DNA of 64,000 bases from a virus. Below are positions 26,768 to 36,696 of the stretch, one piece after another; position 1 is the stretch's first letter; every line of letters starts with the position of its first letter. The stretch lies in the IMG/VR virus record IMGVR_UViG_3300043811_000032, positions 1-64,000 of that record; one strand, written 5' to 3'. Below the pieces are notes generated by a model. That model saw only the letters and a program-made list of their open reading frames with translations, had not been told where the DNA came from and did not search any database. Position numbers and translations under genes: made by a program.

Positions 26768-27778
26768 TTACTCCTCGAATGTATGTTTCACAGACTCGTA
26801 AGAGAACTCCTCGGGCCGCAGGAACATGTTATCTCGGATGAACGCTCGCAGCGGTCCAGCAGTCAGGCAGTTACCCTCGGAGTCATACAGCGACGGATCG
26901 TGCGGCAGCACTTGCTGACATAGCTCATAGCCGAAACCTACCCGTTTGCCCTCGTCGAAGATCCGCCGCCGGAACTCGTCCATTTCGATCTTGAACGTCA
27001 ACGGCTTGCCGCGGAAGCCGACGCTGGCGCCGTCCATGCTGTGCTCGTGCCTGACCGTCGGCTTGCCCATCAGCAGGAACCGGCGACCGATGGCGGCGGT
27101 CATGAACGTGAAGATGCTCTCGCCCGTGTCGCTGGCGAACACGTCCGGCAGGATGCGGCCGTAAGCCTGCCGCAGATCCTCGCTGAACGCCTGGCTGTGC
27201 AGGTTGATGGTCCGACCGACCGGGATCACGAAGTCCTCACCCCGTGGTGGTCGCAGGCCCCACCACTCGTAGCCGGTGTCCTCGTCGACGCCGACGGCAA
27301 CCATCGCGTTCTGCGAGTGCAGCATCCCTTCACACGGCACGTCGTGTAAGAACCCTCCATCACTAATCTCGACGTTGGACATCGCCACGACTTCGGAACG
27401 GATACGTTGGTGCAAGTTACGGAAGACTCCAACACGCTCGTCCTCCTCGTGCGGCCACGGCCCGGCGCCGATGTCCACGCCACTGTCGAGGTAGACATAG
27501 CCGTCGAAGGCTCCCCACCGCTGCACGCACTGGTCCACCGTGTGATTACAGGTCGTGAAGACGGGCAGCACCTGATCGATCCAGTTGAAGCTGACCCGGT
27601 TGCCCAGCTTCTGCCGCAACACGCTCTTGCAGGTCCGCGTCGAACAGCAGCCACTGACCACCACCCGCCAGCCGTCACCCTCTTGACGCAGGCACGACTC
27701 GATGTGACGGACGTAGCGATCGAGTCGTTCCAATCCGCGCACGCCACATACGTTGAAGATACAGAGAAGTTTATTCAC
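26768..27778 (-). CDS. putative GT-A glycosyltransferase
   Basis: RVVVSGC, N.TV, GYVYLDSGV; cluster context. Confidence 0.55.
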   Translation of the reverse strand: MNKLLCIFNVCGVRGLERLDRYVRHIESCLRQEGDGWRVVVSGCCSTRTCKSVLRQKLGNRVSFNWIDQVLPVFTTCNHTVDQCVQRWGAFDGYVYLDSGVDIGAGPWPHEEDERVGVFRNLHQRIRSEVVAMSNVEISDGGFLHDVPCEGMLHSQNAMVAVGVDEDTGYEWWGLRPPRGEDFVIPVGRTINLHSQAFSEDLRQAYGRILPDVFASDTGESIFTFMTAAIGRRFLLMGKPTVRHEHSMDGASVGFRGKPLTFKIEMDEFRRRIFDEGKRVGFGYELCQQVLPHDPSLYDSEGNCLTAGPLRAFIRDNMFLRPEEFSYESVKHTFEE

Positions 27779-27916
27779 TTGGCCGGCTCCCATGGTGAGA
27801 CGTTCTCTGGCACAGTCAACACCACAGTCCCCTTCTTGTCCGTGTCCAGCGCTATGGCTTTAGCGTTAGGGCGATACTCCTCGCCCCAGTCTGCCAGCTC
27901 CACCTTGGCGGTAGGA

Positions 27917-29718
27917 TCACATTGCATTAACCGACTGATCAGTTCCATGACAGTCACTGGTGCTCTCCTTCGGTTTGACTCTGTATCGCTGTGACCGCCG
28001 CCCGTGCCACATCGTCTCGATGCCCCACTGAATCGGGTCGCCCTCAGGCTTGGAAATCCGGCTCATCTGCTCAGTAACGTGGGGGAGCAAGTACGGGTAC
28101 TCTTCCTTAATGAACCCCTTGATCTCTTGCCGCAACTTGCTCGGGTCGCGAGCTAACCGCAGCCAGCTCGCTTCCTCCATCGGCCAAGTTACATCACCTA
28201 GCTCAGGATCGTAGTGGTCCCAGCCCTTGCCGTCGTACCCCTTCTGAGCGTGTTCCCAAGCCTTGCTGTACTCCTCACCGAAGAGGCTATGCTTGCACAA
28301 CCCGTCGCTCCTCCAGCAGTAGTTAGCTAGCGACTCGTAGAAGTCTGTGAACGTCTCACCGCTCTGTCTTGCCAGCAGGTTGGTCAGCCCGAACGCATGG
28401 AACGTCAGCATCAGCCAGTTCCACACGTAGACCTCGATGATGTCGTCGCCCGGCAGCGTCCTGGTCCGCCTGACCATCCGCTCGTACTCGCCCGTCGTTT
28501 CGCCCGGCTTGCTGTGGGCCACGAACATCGGGCTGTCGAACGTCTCGATGCCATGCTCGGTCAGGTACGCCGGATCGTTCATCGGGGCGTTGACGAACAC
28601 CGAGCAGTTCCACGTCATGATCGCCGGTGCCGGGTCCAGTGCCGCCAGCGTCTCCCACGTCCGCTTGAAGCTCTCGGCCGTCTCGCCGGGCAGGCCGAGG
28701 ATCAGCTCCGTGTAGCTCCGCAGGCCCTCGGCGTCGAAGCGGTCGATCAGTCCCTTGAAGCTGTCAAACTTCACGTTGCTCCTCTTGACGATCCGCAAGA
28801 CATCGGAGTCGAGGCTCTGCACAGATAAACTCACACCCCGTAGGAGTCCAGATGAGGCGAGTACCCTGGCTATCGGGATGATCCTCTCTGAAGAGGATTT
28901 CACCCATGTCAGCCCCAGTGCCTCGGGATATCCGGTTCGCTGCTTCGTCTCCGCGAGCTTCGTCGCTATCCACTGGTCACGCTCCTGGAACATCCCGAAG
29001 TTGGCGTCACAGCAGTCCACGTACGCGATCTCGTTGTCGCCGAACCACTCGATCTCCGCCTCAAGCCGCTCCTCGGAGAACTTCCGCACCTTGCTCTTCG
29101 TGGCCGATCCCCAGTCGCAGAAGGCTTCCTTCAGGTACAGGCGAACGGACATCCCCGGTTGGATTCCCAGGATGCCACCCACCTGTACCTACTCCTTTCT
29201 GCTAGCTTCCACATCAAGCCTGTTGTGAACGGCGACGGGATGCTTTCGAGGTCTTTGATACGTTCGCGCGGCAGTCCTTTACCTTCTCTCGTTTCGATAC
29301 CAAGGACCAGTCCACCACCTCGCCTGTAATAACTATCGGCTTGGAGAACTTCCGATAATGAAACCTCGCCTTCCCCGTGGACGAGTACATCAACATAGCT
29401 ATGCCGTTCAAAGAAACCTTCGGCATGGTCGGGCACCTCCGGGCCGCCGAACACCACTTTGAGCCGCGGGTTCAGTTCCTTGGCCCGCCTCGCCAGTCGG
29501 TTCGTCGCCCGCCAGTTCCAGCAGTAGCACGAGCACAGCAGCCAGTCGGAGTCGCGGCACGCCTCGGCGTCGGCGTCGATGTTCCGCTTGTCCACGAACG
29601 TCGGCTGCAGGTCCATGTCCACGAACTGCAGCGCGTAGCCGACCACCGTGGCGATGCTGCAGGGCAAGTGCAGCTGGTCGCCGAAGAAGACGCCGTACTG
29701 GGAGGAGGAGACTTTCAT
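27917..29718 (-). CDS. B12-binding radical SAM enzyme interrupted by 11-nt insertion (recoded gene or pseudogene)
   Basis: 5' part SCYCWN..VFGGPEV..HGEGE..WESNRGCPFACT* and 3' part FCDWGS..DANFG..LSVQS..ELILGLPGET join in frame if 29123-29133 is removed. Confidence 0.85.
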
Positions 29719-29721
29719 GCC

Positions 29722-29949
29722 TCACCTTGCAGGTTCAACGATTGGCGTCTGTCCGCGAGATACGATTCGTCTTGCCTGTTGCATTGCCTCTTCCTTGGTC
29801 TCCGCATAAACGGATTGAAGGAAGGTTTTCATATCACCGCGGTTCGGGTTGAAGACCATCTCAAAAACGTTCCACTTCATCAACTTCGACCGGTCACCAT
29901 CAGCCTTTCGCCACACCTCCGGCGACTTGCTCACTTGTACCCAGCTCAT
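29722..29949 (-). CDS. hypothetical protein
   Basis: MSWVQVSK.. with AGGAG RBS. Confidence 0.5.
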   Translation of the reverse strand: MSWVQVSKSPEVWRKADGDRSKLMKWNVFEMVFNPNRGDMKTFLQSVYAETKEEAMQQARRIVSRGQTPIVEPAR

Positions 29950-30881
29950 AGTCCTAGCTCCTTGAACACCTTGGCCCACCGTTCCGGGTAACTCTCGCAG
30001 TCGTGATCCCGCCGCTGCCGTTCCAATGCACCTCGGGACAATGCCGGCAACTGCTCGGGCAGCCGGCTGCACCGCTCCACCAGATCGTCGAAGTCCCTGG
30101 CGATGATGCCGTTCACGCCGTCCTCGATCAGCTCCCGCAGTGCCCAGTGCTCCAGGCCGACAGTCGGGATGCCGAAGCTGGCCGCGTAGGGCACGCTGAT
30201 GAAGTGGGCCTTTGAACTCGGCAGGAGCAGCACGTCGGAGCGGCGGTGGATGTCGTCAAGTTCGGCGTCAGACAGATAGTCGTGGTGCATTTCAACGTCG
30301 TCCGGCCACACCGCCTTGCTGATCAGGTCCGCATCCTTCGGTGCTCGCAAAATCAGCTTGCAATGGAACTTTGTATGAAGCCGGATGAAGAGATCGCAGA
30401 CCAGTTGTCCGCCCCGGTCCTTCCACGCCTTCTGCTCCCTGTCGTTGTGCGAGCCCCAGAAGAGGAACGTGATTAGAAATGCCGGTCCAGTCTTGTATAA
30501 GAAGTCCTGCCTCGGCACCCCCACCGGCACGTGGAACCTCGGCTTGCTCGGCAGCAGCGTGGCGAACTCGTCTAGGGTCTTCTTCGTGTGGCTGCACACG
30601 CCGAGGCATGCCGGCTGGCGGTCGATGTTACTAACGAACTTGGCATCGCAGTAGTCAGTCAGCCAAAACGTGCTCTCCATGTAGAGAAGAAACGGACGAC
30701 CTGCCATAACGTAGTTGGCGATCCGCTCTTGGCTCCTGCTGTTCTCCAGTGCCAGTATGGTTACGTCCGCATGCCCATCGTCATGCTTCGGCAGCCACTC
30801 GAACTTCTTCGGCTGACCGCTCCGCATGTAGCGATACAGCGTGTGCTCCGGCAGTTGCGCGTCGATGGTGACCTTCAACAT
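29946..30881 (-). CDS. GT-B (GT4-like) glycosyltransferase
   Basis: K..DRGG, SDVLLLPS, A.SFGIPTV, ELIEDGVNG. Confidence 0.8.
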   Translation of the reverse strand: MLKVTIDAQLPEHTLYRYMRSGQPKKFEWLPKHDDGHADVTILALENSRSQERIANYVMAGRPFLLYMESTFWLTDYCDAKFVSNIDRQPACLGVCSHTKKTLDEFATLLPSKPRFHVPVGVPRQDFLYKTGPAFLITFLFWGSHNDREQKAWKDRGGQLVCDLFIRLHTKFHCKLILRAPKDADLISKAVWPDDVEMHHDYLSDAELDDIHRRSDVLLLPSSKAHFISVPYAASFGIPTVGLEHWALRELIEDGVNGIIARDFDDLVERCSRLPEQLPALSRGALERQRRDHDCESYPERWAKVFKELGL

Positions 30882-30968
30882 GATGCTACTTCCTGTTGTT
30901 CCGTATGATGCTTACTGCTATCAAGATTCCAAACAAGCACGCGCCGAGCCAGATTACTTGCTGATAGA

Positions 30969-31910
30969 TTACTGGCATTTGAGTCCTACCAACCCCAGCA
31001 CCTTCGTCCAGAAGACCACCGGAGCGTGATTCCTTCGTACCTTGTCGCGGAGGCGGTCCGCCATTGCCTGTGCACGCGGCAGATCCGCCAGCAGGGCCTG
31101 CGCCTTAACGGCAGCGTCCGCAGCATCCGCATACTCTTCGTAGTCCTCTCCGGACATGAACCAGTGCCGTGAAGCCGAGTTCTGCGTCTCCAGCAGGCAG
31201 CAGCTAGCAGCACCGGCGTCGAGTACCCGACCCTTGACCTGCCTGGCGCCCGGCATATGGGCTACATTCAAGGCCACCTTATAGGTCGTCATCCGCTCGT
31301 AGTAGTCGCTGTAGTCCACCGTCGCGTCAACCCCCGGATGCTTGTCAGGGAAGTGCGGCCGGTGCGTGAAGGCCAGCCCAGCGGTGCGCCGCAACTCCTC
31401 GATGATCTCGTGCCGCGGGTGTCCCGGCCCTCCCGTGCCGCCGCTGAATCCGAAGTCCGTGGGTCGGTCCACCATCCGCTTGGTCTGCATGTCGGGGTAG
31501 CGGTTCGGAATCAGTTCGGACATGCAGTTGGGTCGGTTGGCTAGCGGCCAGTCCAAGCAGCCGTCGGTGTTCACCTGAGCCGAGAAGCAGCCGAGTCGGT
31601 CGTAGTGCCACAGGGTCTGCTCCCATCCTGGAATACCGCCGTCGAGCACCACGTGGACCAGTGGGGCTTGGTTTCGGAGCCTACGCAAGGTGGCGTCATC
31701 CAGTGCCCACTCTCGTGGTTCCAGATTCGGTCCAAGCGGTATGCCAAGGTAGACGATCACGTCGGCTTGGAAATCCGGCAACATCGCCCGGCCACCACCG
31801 ACGTGACTCCTCTGGTACCGGAACAGCCCCTTCTCCCACGGCCAGCTGTCGCTGACCAGATCCGCCAGACCGGGCATCGGGTTAAGGAACAGGACCTTCA
31901 CTTGGTACAT
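30969..31910 (-). CDS. CgeB/Glyco_trans_1_2-like glycosyltransferase, paralog 1
   Basis: DFGFSG, KVALN, QVKGRVLD, CCLLE, WF..DYEEY. Confidence 0.8.
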   Translation of the reverse strand: MYQVKVLFLNPMPGLADLVSDSWPWEKGLFRYQRSHVGGGRAMLPDFQADVIVYLGIPLGPNLEPREWALDDATLRRLRNQAPLVHVVLDGGIPGWEQTLWHYDRLGCFSAQVNTDGCLDWPLANRPNCMSELIPNRYPDMQTKRMVDRPTDFGFSGGTGGPGHPRHEIIEELRRTAGLAFTHRPHFPDKHPGVDATVDYSDYYERMTTYKVALNVAHMPGARQVKGRVLDAGAASCCLLETQNSASRHWFMSGEDYEEYADAADAAVKAQALLADLPRAQAMADRLRDKVRRNHAPVVFWTKVLGLVGLKCQ

Positions 31911-32515
31911 TCCACGTTGAGCGAGAGCAGTCGTCCTTTGCGATACTCCACCATGTCCTTGCAGTCACGGATGTGGGGTAGGTAGCAGGCACTGGCGTCA
32001 TCCACATCCGCGTGCTCGGTCTTGTCGCGGTCGTAGCGGCGGATGTCCTTGAAGCCGGCCTCCAGCAAGTCGCAGGTCAGGCTCGCCTCGTCCCAGCCCA
32101 TCTTGTGGTAATCTAGCGGCGTCCGCTGCCCGCCGTACAAGAATCCAAGGAACTCGTCCAACTTATGCGCCGGCCTTATCTGAAGCTCTCCGGTCTCCGA
32201 CTCACCCCAGGACAATCGCATGTGCGTCGCAAACACCCATCCTAGGTCCGGCACCGACAGCCGCAGCGTACCGCCCAGCTTAAGCACCTCGTGCCAGCGC
32301 CTGAGCACCGCCCGGTACTCGTGTCGCCCGGCATGCTCCAGCACGTGACAGGCATAGATGACGTCGACCGATTCTTCTACCCAGCCACTGACCCGACCGT
32401 GACCCTCCAATGTGAAGGCGTCTGCTACCACGTCCGGCTCGCAACGCGAGTCAGCGTCTACGTTGATCCATGGCGGCGGCAGTCTACGTTTCCCGCAGCC
32501 CAAATGAAGCTTCAC
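31898..32515 (-). CDS. class I SAM-dependent methyltransferase
   Basis: KLHLGCG, WINVD, HVLEH, LK.GG.LRLSVPD. Confidence 0.88.
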   Translation of the reverse strand: MKLHLGCGKRRLPPPWINVDADSRCEPDVVADAFTLEGHGRVSGWVEESVDVIYACHVLEHAGRHEYRAVLRRWHEVLKLGGTLRLSVPDLGWVFATHMRLSWGESETGELQIRPAHKLDEFLGFLYGGQRTPLDYHKMGWDEASLTCDLLEAGFKDIRRYDRDKTEHADVDDASACYLPHIRDCKDMVEYRKGRLLSLNVECTK

Positions 32516-33462
32516 TTGATGCCTGCCTTGCCCAGTACGCTGGTCCAGAATCGCTCGGCGTTGTACTGCTCGTTGACCTTCTTGCGGAGGTTGTCGGCGA
32601 ACACCTGACTACGATGCAAGTCGGCGAGTAACTCCTGTGCCAGCCCTGCCGCGTGTCCTGCGTCTTCGTATTCGATATAATCAACCCCCGGCGTAAACCA
32701 CTCCTTGGCCCAACTGCCCCGGTTCTCCAACAAGCAACAGCCGGCGAACCCGTACTCCAACACCCGTCCCTTGACGTGCAGGCAGGTCTCCATCCCGCTC
32801 CACGCCATGTTCAGGGCGATCTTGAACTCGCTGATCCGTCGGGCGTACTCGTTGTACGGCATGGTACAAGGATCACTGACGCAGCCGCGCGCATGAACGC
32901 TGAGTCCTGCCGTTCGCTTCAGCTCCTCGCACATCTGCCAGCGCCGGGAGCCCAGCCCTAAGGCACCGTGGAAGCCGAAGTCTACTGATCTCCGACTCAG
33001 AGCCTTGATCGGCAAGTCTGCCGGCCACGGCCACGGGTTCAGTCCCACGAAGCAGCCGGGCTTGTCCTTCAGCGGCCAGTCGAGCACACCATCGATGTCC
33101 ACCATCAGGTCGAAGCAGTTGCCGTCGTGGTAGCGGTGCAGCAGCCGCTCCCAGCCCACGTCACCACCGTCGCAGCAGATCATCACACTCGGGCAGGTAT
33201 CACGGACCTTGCGGAACGTGGAGTCGTAGGGCACGCCTTTATGGGGCTCGCTGCCGTCGAACTGCTTGGGGCTCAGGCACACCGCGATGTAGATGCAGAC
33301 GTCCGGCGCTTCCTCCTCGACGCGGCGGATCAGCTCGTCGTCCTTCTGCCGCGTGTCACCGTTAGCCTCATCCTCGAAGCGGAAGAATGTCTTCTCCCAC
33401 GAATAGCTGTTCATGATGACCGTCGAGTGCCCCGGACGGCCGACGAGGAAGAGTGCTTTCAC
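32512..33462 (-). CDS. CgeB/Glyco_trans_1_2-like glycosyltransferase, paralog 2
   Basis: DFGFHG, KIALN, HVKGRVLE, CCLLE, WFTPGVDYIEY. Confidence 0.8.
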   Translation of the reverse strand: MKALFLVGRPGHSTVIMNSYSWEKTFFRFEDEANGDTRQKDDELIRRVEEEAPDVCIYIAVCLSPKQFDGSEPHKGVPYDSTFRKVRDTCPSVMICCDGGDVGWERLLHRYHDGNCFDLMVDIDGVLDWPLKDKPGCFVGLNPWPWPADLPIKALSRRSVDFGFHGALGLGSRRWQMCEELKRTAGLSVHARGCVSDPCTMPYNEYARRISEFKIALNMAWSGMETCLHVKGRVLEYGFAGCCLLENRGSWAKEWFTPGVDYIEYEDAGHAAGLAQELLADLHRSQVFADNLRKKVNEQYNAERFWTSVLGKAGIK

Positions 33463-33749
33463 AGTTGCTCTCCCTTCGCCGGCACTCCCGCTTCGGTGTA
33501 GTACCGGTTAGCGTCATCCAGCTTCTTCATCGCCTCTTGATACAGCTCCTGTCCCCGCCGCAGAGCTAGGTCCCTCCTATCGGTCGAGCAATCCTTAACG
33601 TTACAGAGTACAAACTGCTCTGAATGGCCACCATAGTCTATGACCACCGCGTTCTCTTTGATAGTCACCACCTTGCCGGAACAGATACTCTCGCTATAGT
33701 TCCTAATGAAGTAGATTAGCGTACCCGGCGCCGTGTCTGCTGCTATCAT
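33459..33749 (-). CDS. hypothetical protein
   Basis: MIAADTAPG.. AGGAG RBS. Confidence 0.45.
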   Translation of the reverse strand: MIAADTAPGTLIYFIRNYSESICSGKVVTIKENAVVIDYGGHSEQFVLCNVKDCSTDRRDLALRRGQELYQEAMKKLDDANRYYTEAGVPAKGEQL

Positions 33750-34704
33750 CGTTGCTCTCCTTGATGCTGACTCCCACCAACTCGCACGCCTGTTGCCAGA
33801 ACTTCCTCGGGTTGTGATTCTCCATTGCCTTCCGTCGCAAGTTGTCGGCCAAATGCTGCGAGATATCGGTAGCAAGAAGCTCCTTAACCATCTTCGCCGC
33901 TTCAGCAGCATCTTCATACTCCCAGTAGTCAACCTCGGGAGTGAACCAATCTCGCGTCTTGCTGCCAGCGGTCTCCAGCAAGCAGCAACCCATCCAGCCG
34001 CTCTCAACCACCCGGCCCTTGACGTGGGTGTGCTGCTCGTCGCCGCTCCAGGCCGTGTTGAAGCTGATGCGGAAGCACCGCAGATGAGCACAGTAGTCTT
34101 CGTAGGAGTCCGCTGCCGCAGACGACAGGCACTTCCTGACCCAGACCTTGAGCCCTGCGGTCCGCTTCAACTCCTCGCACAGGGCATGTCGCTTGGTGCC
34201 GACCCCCATCGAACCGAAGTAACCGAAGTCGACCTGACGGTAGCTGAGTGGCAGCACCTGCACCTCTACCGGCGGGCATGGAGTCAAAGCCACCATCGCG
34301 TTCTTCTTGCCCGCCAGCGGCCAGTCCTTCACCCCATCGATGTTCACGTGAGCGGAGAAGGTGTCGACGTAATGCGCCAACCCATTGATCCAGCCAGGAT
34401 CGCCGCCATCGCTGCACACGTGAACCGTCGGAGCTATCTCCCGCAAGTGCCTCAGCGTCGAGGTTCGCGGTATGCCTTCCAAGTTCTCGTGCCCGATGAT
34501 CTGCCCGTCTCGTGGGCATACGCTCATGTAGAAGATGACGTCCGGCTTGTACTGCTTGGCGTGCTCCAGCAGATCGGCGTCCTTCTGCCTGACATCGCCC
34601 GCCGGTGCGTCCTCATAAACGAACACGTCCTTATCCCACAGCCAGCTCGGAATCATCACGGTAGAGCTGCCGGGTCGGCCGCGGAGGAAGAGTGCTTTGG
34701 TCAC
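33703..34704 (-). CDS. CgeB/Glyco_trans_1_2-like glycosyltransferase, paralog 3
   Basis: DFGYFG, HVKGRVVE, CCLLE, WFTPEVDYWEY; N-terminus KALFL.GRPG shared with paralog 2. Confidence 0.8.
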   Translation of the reverse strand: MTKALFLRGRPGSSTVMIPSWLWDKDVFVYEDAPAGDVRQKDADLLEHAKQYKPDVIFYMSVCPRDGQIIGHENLEGIPRTSTLRHLREIAPTVHVCSDGGDPGWINGLAHYVDTFSAHVNIDGVKDWPLAGKKNAMVALTPCPPVEVQVLPLSYRQVDFGYFGSMGVGTKRHALCEELKRTAGLKVWVRKCLSSAAADSYEDYCAHLRCFRISFNTAWSGDEQHTHVKGRVVESGWMGCCLLETAGSKTRDWFTPEVDYWEYEDAAEAAKMVKELLATDISQHLADNLRRKAMENHNPRKFWQQACELVGVSIKESNDDSSRHGAGYANLLH

Positions 34705-35516
34705 TTCACCCTCCTCGCCCACTGCTGCGGCTTGTCGGCATCGGGGCTGATCGGTAACACAGCTTGCCTCGGTTCTCGCCACAGGTGCTTGTACCGCTTC
34801 TCGTCTTCCTCGTAGGCACCTTGCAACGGCCCTCTCTCGGCCTTGGGTTCGTAGCCGAGGGCCTGCACGATGTGCTGCCAGACCATGAACTTGGTCCCGT
34901 TAGCCTGGAGCCGTAGCCCGAGGTCGATCTGTGCCTGCGCCGCCGTCTCGTACCCTTCGTCGAAACCACCCACGCTCAGCACCAAGTCCCGCTTGAGGAT
35001 GCCAAGGAGGAGCAGATTCGCGTTGGGAGTCACACCGGAGACCCGAGCACCCTTGTGGTAGCCGATGGTCCAGAAGTCATCCGACGCCACCATGTCTGGG
35101 TTCAGACCGACGTCACCCCGAGCAAACGCGATGACGTCCATCCGCGTGACCGGATCGACACCCTGCCATCGCTGGTCACGCAGGTCCGGTCTGCCCTCCA
35201 TGTACTTGCACAGGATCGCGTCGTCGTCCCAGTCGCGGTCGAGGCTACCGGGGAGCCACACCCCGTCGTCCGCCGCCCAGGTGACGTACTCGCCTCGACA
35301 GTGGAGCAGTGCCCGCTGCTGGCAGTGGCACGGGCTGCCATCGTCGGCGATGAATCGCCATCGGCCTCCCACCCACTCTGCCCCGCTCTCGACGTCTCGT
35401 GGACCTATCGCCGCCATCTCCCACGGGTAGCGGCCGTTGACTGCCTTCTCAGTGCTGGTCCACAGTTCGCGCAGGTTGTGGGGGCGGATGGTCGGTACGA
35501 TGATGCTGAGCTTCAC
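34701..35516 (-). CDS. GT2-family glycosyltransferase
   Basis: LSIIVPTIR, GEYVTWAADD, VGGFDE, DLGLRL. Confidence 0.85.
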   Translation of the reverse strand: MKLSIIVPTIRPHNLRELWTSTEKAVNGRYPWEMAAIGPRDVESGAEWVGGRWRFIADDGSPCHCQQRALLHCRGEYVTWAADDGVWLPGSLDRDWDDDAILCKYMEGRPDLRDQRWQGVDPVTRMDVIAFARGDVGLNPDMVASDDFWTIGYHKGARVSGVTPNANLLLLGILKRDLVLSVGGFDEGYETAAQAQIDLGLRLQANGTKFMVWQHIVQALGYEPKAERGPLQGAYEEDEKRYKHLWREPRQAVLPISPDADKPQQWARRVK

Positions 35517-35821
35517 GATGGATCGAATCTCCGGTATGGCGCCATCAACTGCTCGTATGCCGCTCGGTCGCTAGCACGTAAAAAAGCGTAGATAGAACTT
35601 TCCGAGGCACCTACCAACTCCTTCGGGATCCCGAACGCCTTTAGAATCATGTTCCGCATTCGCCGCACAAAAGCATCAGGCGTATCGTCTACAAGCAACG
35701 GCACCCGGTACAGTTCCGCCAACTCCGTCTCGCCGTCCTCCATCAAGGCGTCGACCAGAGCGAACCGACAATCGGCACCGGCGTCGAGGGCGTCACGGAG
35801 AGCGGTGCAAGTCGCGTTCAT
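35513..35821 (-). CDS. small protein with TIGR02996-like motif and portal-like motif
   Basis: RFALVDALMEDGE..AE; ILKAFGIPKELVG. Confidence 0.55.
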   Translation of the reverse strand: MNATCTALRDALDAGADCRFALVDALMEDGETELAELYRVPLLVDDTPDAFVRRMRNMILKAFGIPKELVGASESSIYAFLRASDRAAYEQLMAPYRRFDPS

Positions 35822-36696
35822 TCGCCCATCACCGTTGCCCAGAACTTCTGAGGCGGGTACTTGTCCCTGACCTTCTGCAGCATCCGCTTGGCGTACAGCG
35901 TACAGATGTCGTGGTAGCCACGGGACTGCACCACGTCAAGGATGTCCCGTGGCCGCTCCTCGTCGAACTCGAAGTAGTCCACGTTCGGCTCAAACCAGTG
36001 GGCCAGCGGGCTGCCCTTCGCCTCGAACAGGGCACTGCCGCCGAGCGCCGCCTCGATGCACCGGCCCTTCACGTGTCTAGCCATCGCCCGTCGCGGGTCG
36101 CCGATCCAGGCCGAGTTGAGCGTGGCCCAGCACCGCTTGACGAACCGAACGTACTCGGCGTCCGGTCCCGGTGGATTGCCTTTGTCACGCACGGTCACGA
36201 AGTCGGCTAGCTGCCGGAAGAGCCTCGCACGCGGATGGTCGTCGCTGATGCCGCCGCCGAAGCCCAGCTCGATATTCTTAGCTTCCGATGGACCTACCCA
36301 CCTGTCCGGGTCATTAGGGCTCGGGAACACGAAGTCCACGTCCACTCCAGGTGTACCATCCACCGCCGTCGTCAGGTCGAACACCTGCTGCTCACGGTAC
36401 GCTTTCAGGTGCGACCACCAATCGGGGCAGGCCGCGTCCCAGCAGATGAACACCGAGCGACACTGGGTGCGTACCCACTTGAGCGAGTTGAGCAGTGGCT
36501 GTCCCACTCCCAACGAACCGCTGAACACCGCCACGTCCGGCTTGTGCTTGGTTACCGCTTGGTGGATGCGTAGATCAGAGCAACCGGGCAGGAAGCCGTA
36601 GTGCTCGACGATGGCTCCTAGATGCCGCTCCGCCCAGCGCAGACACACGTCCCTTATCTGTGAGTCTTCTTGGATCAGCAGGAGCAGTTTCTTCAT
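35818..36696 (-). CDS. CgeB/Glyco_trans_1_2-like glycosyltransferase, paralog 4
   Basis: LGFGG, HVKGRCIE, LFE, WFEPNVDYFEF. Confidence 0.78.
   Translation of the reverse strand: MKKLLLLIQEDSQIRDVCLRWAERHLGAIVEHYGFLPGCSDLRIHQAVTKHKPDVAVFSGSLGVGQPLLNSLKWVRTQCRSVFICWDAACPDWWSHLKAYREQQVFDLTTAVDGTPGVDVDFVFPSPNDPDRWVGPSEAKNIELGFGGGISDDHPRARLFRQLADFVTVRDKGNPPGPDAEYVRFVKRCWATLNSAWIGDPRRAMARHVKGRCIEAALGGSALFEAKGSPLAHWFEPNVDYFEFDEERPRDILDVVQSRGYHDICTLYAKRMLQKVRDKYPPQKFWATVMGE

Noticed and set aside
29131-29133. TGA readthrough or alternative genetic code to explain the split radical SAM gene
   Set aside because: The downstream half is in a different frame, and TGA is used as a normal coupled stop throughout the window
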